Source of the DNA: Lama glama
Taxonomy: Eukaryota
Length of the DNA stretch: 64,000 nt
Assembly: GCA_028534125.1 (NCBI GenBank)
Contig: CM052818.1
Location: forward strand, 46,688,001-46,752,000
Direction of reading: 5' to 3'
The translations under genes were made by a program, and so were the position numbers. The notes below the pieces were generated by a model. That model was not told the origin of the DNA. It worked only from the letters and a program-made list of their open reading frames with translations, and did not search any database. Positions 60,821-64,000 of the stretch are shown one piece after another; within the stretch, counting starts at the first letter, position 1, and every line of letters starts with the position of its first letter.

Positions 60821-61989
60821 CTTCTCATCACTGGCCTCTCAAGTTGGCTGGTGGAGAGACTGCTTTTAACATATTTGAGACCCCTCTTTCCACTCCTCGA
60901 TCCCCACGTCTTTGAGGCTTTCACTCCCAGATCCTAGCATCCCACTCCCCCCAGGATGACAATTTACAATATTCCTTCTCCCCAGTTGGAAATACGTGAG
61001 CGTTCTGCAAGTCCCCTGATGTCTGTCACGTGTCACTGCTAGCTACTCCTGTCCTAGGAGGTGTTAGGACTTGGGGCTGCCTTCTCAGGCAGGTGAGTGC
61101 TGGGGACCCAGCCAGTAGAGGGACCTGTGGGGGGTCCCGGAGGAACAGCCCCTGAGCACCCACTGCCAGTTTTGGGGGGGCCTTGCTGTCTTCCCCACTC
61201 TGCTGATGCCAGGGTCCTCATCTGTAGCAATGCTGGGGCTGACTATCAGTGGGACCCTGGAGGAAAGGTCGGTTAAGTGGTACATTTTATTCCTGGAGTC
61301 TTTGTGAAAAATTCAGAGACATCCCATTTCAAAGAAAAAAGAGCAACACGATGGCCCTGGTTAAGAGATTAGGCATTCACATTGGGTAAGAATCACCATA
61401 TATAAACCCATCACAGCTCTCTTGTTTTGCTCTTCACCTGGACCCCATGAGTTGGGAAAGGCAGATGCTGTCCCCAGTTTATAGGGGAAGAGACTGAGGC
61501 ACAGAAGTATGACGGATCCCTCTATGGACCCACCCTCCCTGGAACATCAGCCTGTGATGATGCAGAGAGATGTGTGACCTTGACCCCAGGCTGGGGATTG
61601 ATTACTGTTTTATCTTGGAATTTGTTCCAGTCCTGCAGGGAATTTATAAAACACTTCTTCTCATGGTCCTCAGAAGTTAACAATGAGTGACTGAGCCTGA
61701 CTATTTTTGAACAAAAGCTCTACTCGGATCTGAGGATGTCGTACCTTGGTGTATGTAACAGAGTCCTGGAGCCCACATCTAGAAATTCTGATTGACTGGG
61801 TTTGGAGAGAAACCCAGGAAACAGTCTGAGGGAGACGCTGGTGCAGCTGGCGCAGGCATTGCAGGCTGAGAAGCTTCGGGTAAGTAACTGGCCTCTTAAA
61901 TCAACCCCGCAGGTGATGTGGTTTGCCTCTGGGTGAGAATGAGCCACCTGGACCTCTTGAAGTCCCTTTCATTTGTCTTTGGAAAACTC

Positions 61990-63170
61990 AAGAGGACAAG
62001 GGAAGTTGATTATATTTACTCCCATTTTAACTTTCTCCCTTGTTCTGTCTTTCTTCCTGATACTCCAGTATTCTTTCTTCGATAATTTCCTTTCTGTCTC
62101 AAGAGTGTCCATTAGCCATTTTCTAAGGGTAGGTCTGGTGGTGACAAGTTCTCTTAGTTTTCCTGCAGCTGAGGTCTTGTTGTCCCCTTGATTTCTGAAG
62201 GATGTTTTTGCTGAATCTAGAGTTCTGGGCTGGAGTTCTTTTCTTTCAGCATTTGATACGTTGGGACACTTCCTTCTGGCCTCCGTGGTTTCTGATGAGA
62301 CATCTATTACTCGAATTGCTTTTTCCTCTACAGATAAGGCGTGTTTCTCCCTGCTCTTTATCTTTAGTTTTCAGAAATTTGCCCATGATATACCTTGGCA
62401 TGGATTTCTCTGTGTTTTTCCAGTTTGAGGTTTCCTCAGCTTCTTGACTGTAGGTTTAAGTCTTTTGCCAAATGGGAAGGTTTTCAGCCATTATTTCTTC
62501 ACATCCTTTTCAGCCCCTCCCTCTTTCTCCTCTCCTTCCAGGGCCCTGACGACAGGAATACTAGATCTTTTGTTATATTCCTACAGGTCTGTGAGGCTGT
62601 GTCTTTTTTTTTTTAAGTCATCTTTCTTCTGTTGTGCCAGTTGGGTAATTTAGGAATTTCTGTTTTTCTGTTTTCAAGTCCACTGATTCTTTCCTCTGTC
62701 CTCGTTTTGCTTTTGAGCTCATCCAGTGAAGTTTTTGCTTTGGCTATTGTATTTTTCAGTTCTAAAGTTGGTTCTTCTTTATATCTTCTATTTCTCTGCT
62801 GAAATCTTCAAATTTTTCCTTTTTTTTGAGCAACGTCATAATTGCTCATTGAAAGACTTTTTTGATGGCTATTATAAAATCCTTATTCGCTAATTTCAAC
62901 ATCATGTCAACCCGGTGTTGGCTACTGTTGTCTTTTCTCATTCAAGTTGAGTGTTTCCTGGTTGTTGGTATGATGAGTGATCTTCATTGAAACCTGGGTC
63001 TCAATTAGGCTCTCAATCTTAATTAAACTTTCTATTAGAGCAGGTCTCTGCTGACACCACCCTGGCTGGGAGGGGGAGAGGTACCTCCCACAGTGGTCTC
63101 CACCTGCACTGGTGGAAATCCAGGCTCCCGGGTGGTCTCTGCTGACAGTGCGGAGGGGCTCACTGCTGGC
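61990..63170 (-). mobile_element. Old L1M 5'/ORF1-region fragment
   Basis: TTAGCCATTTTCTAAGGGTAGGTCTGGTGGTGACAAGTTCTC...CCTTCTGGCCTCCGTGGTTTCTGATGAGA...CAGCTTCTTGA, typical of reversed L1M internal/5' sequence. Confidence 0.75.
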
Positions 63171-64000
63171 TAGCCGAGGTGAATGCCCCTGCTCTCCACC
63201 TTATGCTCTGCAGCACCATCCTGCGGTGATAACCGGTATAAACTCAGGTTTATAGTGTGGGTCCATTTTTAACCAATAAGAATCCCTGCTAAAGTGCCCC
63301 TAAACTGTAGAGTTTATAACCATGTGTGATGACTATGTATTTTGGGCTCAAACAAAGGAGGATACATGGCTTGACTCCAGGGCTCTGGAGAGCGTGGGAA
63401 AGCTGAGGGGGATGAGGGGGAAAGTGGCCACCTGTGCTCCCACCCAGCTTCTCTGGTGGGGTAGTGAGAGCATCTGATGCCCCCAGACATTCCAGAAACC
63501 ATCTCATGGAAACATCTCATCACCTCTCAGAGTCAAGGTTTTAAATGATTTTGGCAGTTTTTCTTCACACGTCATGAAGGTTTTGAGTGTGGAGATACTG
63601 TGCTTGCTGGTTAGGGCGGGGCTCTTTGTCCCATCGTCTCTCTGACTTGATTTCCAGGGACTCTTGGGACACTGTTTACCCCGCGGAAGGCACTGTTGGC
63701 CGGAAGATGTAAAGTTTGAATACCTAGAAAGGCGGGTGGGAGCCCTGCAGGCAGTGGCTCTCGGCAGCTGCCAGAAAGCCTCCGTCTGTCCTCCTGTGAT
63801 GCCATCCCAGTGTGGCCATTTCCGGTCCTGGGAGAGGAGTCGGGAGCGGGCTGAGGCAATTCCAGTTCTTCAGGGCTGGCTTTGAAATCCCGAGCCCCGC
63901 TTTCCCAGAGAGGAGCCGCCGTAGGAATGCAGAAGAGCGAAACTCTTGCAGTGCAGTGTCCTGGTCCTCACGGTGGCTGCTGCTGCCGTGCTGGGGTGGC

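Noticed and set aside
57998..60937. Numerous 100-160 aa Pro/Arg/Gly/Ala-rich ORFs on both strands (also 50752-52159)
   Set aside because: Expected in CpG islands, where stop codons are scarce; no splice structure or homology.

Overview
Mammalian genomic DNA, very probably a camelid, judging by four tRNA-Ala-derived SINEs resembling the camelid Vic-1 family. The window holds the 3' part of KIDINS220/ARMS on the + strand: nine GT-AG coding exons between 7517 and 28418, including three frame-preserving phase-0 cassette exons of 114, 57 and 33 nt, and a terminal exon ending in the PDZ ligand ESIL. About 23 kb of repeat-rich intergenic DNA follows, then the complete ID2 gene on the - strand (CDS 55220-54873 + 54556-54500, non-coding exon 3) with its promoter and four CpG islands. 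The tail-to-tail KIDINS220/ID2 arrangement matches human 2p25. I found no prokaryotic-type system, CRISPR array or genuine RNA gene, and nothing that clearly qualifies as a wholly new biological system. The best leads are regulatory or splicing-related: (1) three exact GRCGNC-N5-GTCTG BMP/Smad composite elements bracketing ID2, plus a perfect 13-bp inverted pair of CAGAC-T-GGCGCC sites in ID2 intron 2; (2) a candidate 24-nt in-frame microexon or alternative last exon in KIDINS220 at 4602-4625; (3) a cluster of PAR-bZIP/NFIL3 palindromes with an E-box in KIDINS220 introns; (4) a consensus CTCF site between the genes; (5) a possibly decayed downstream KIDINS220 exon next to a tiny L1 tail insertion; and (6) a GC-shifted intragenic CpG island. 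Repeat family names and comparisons with human proteins come from recall, not from database searches.
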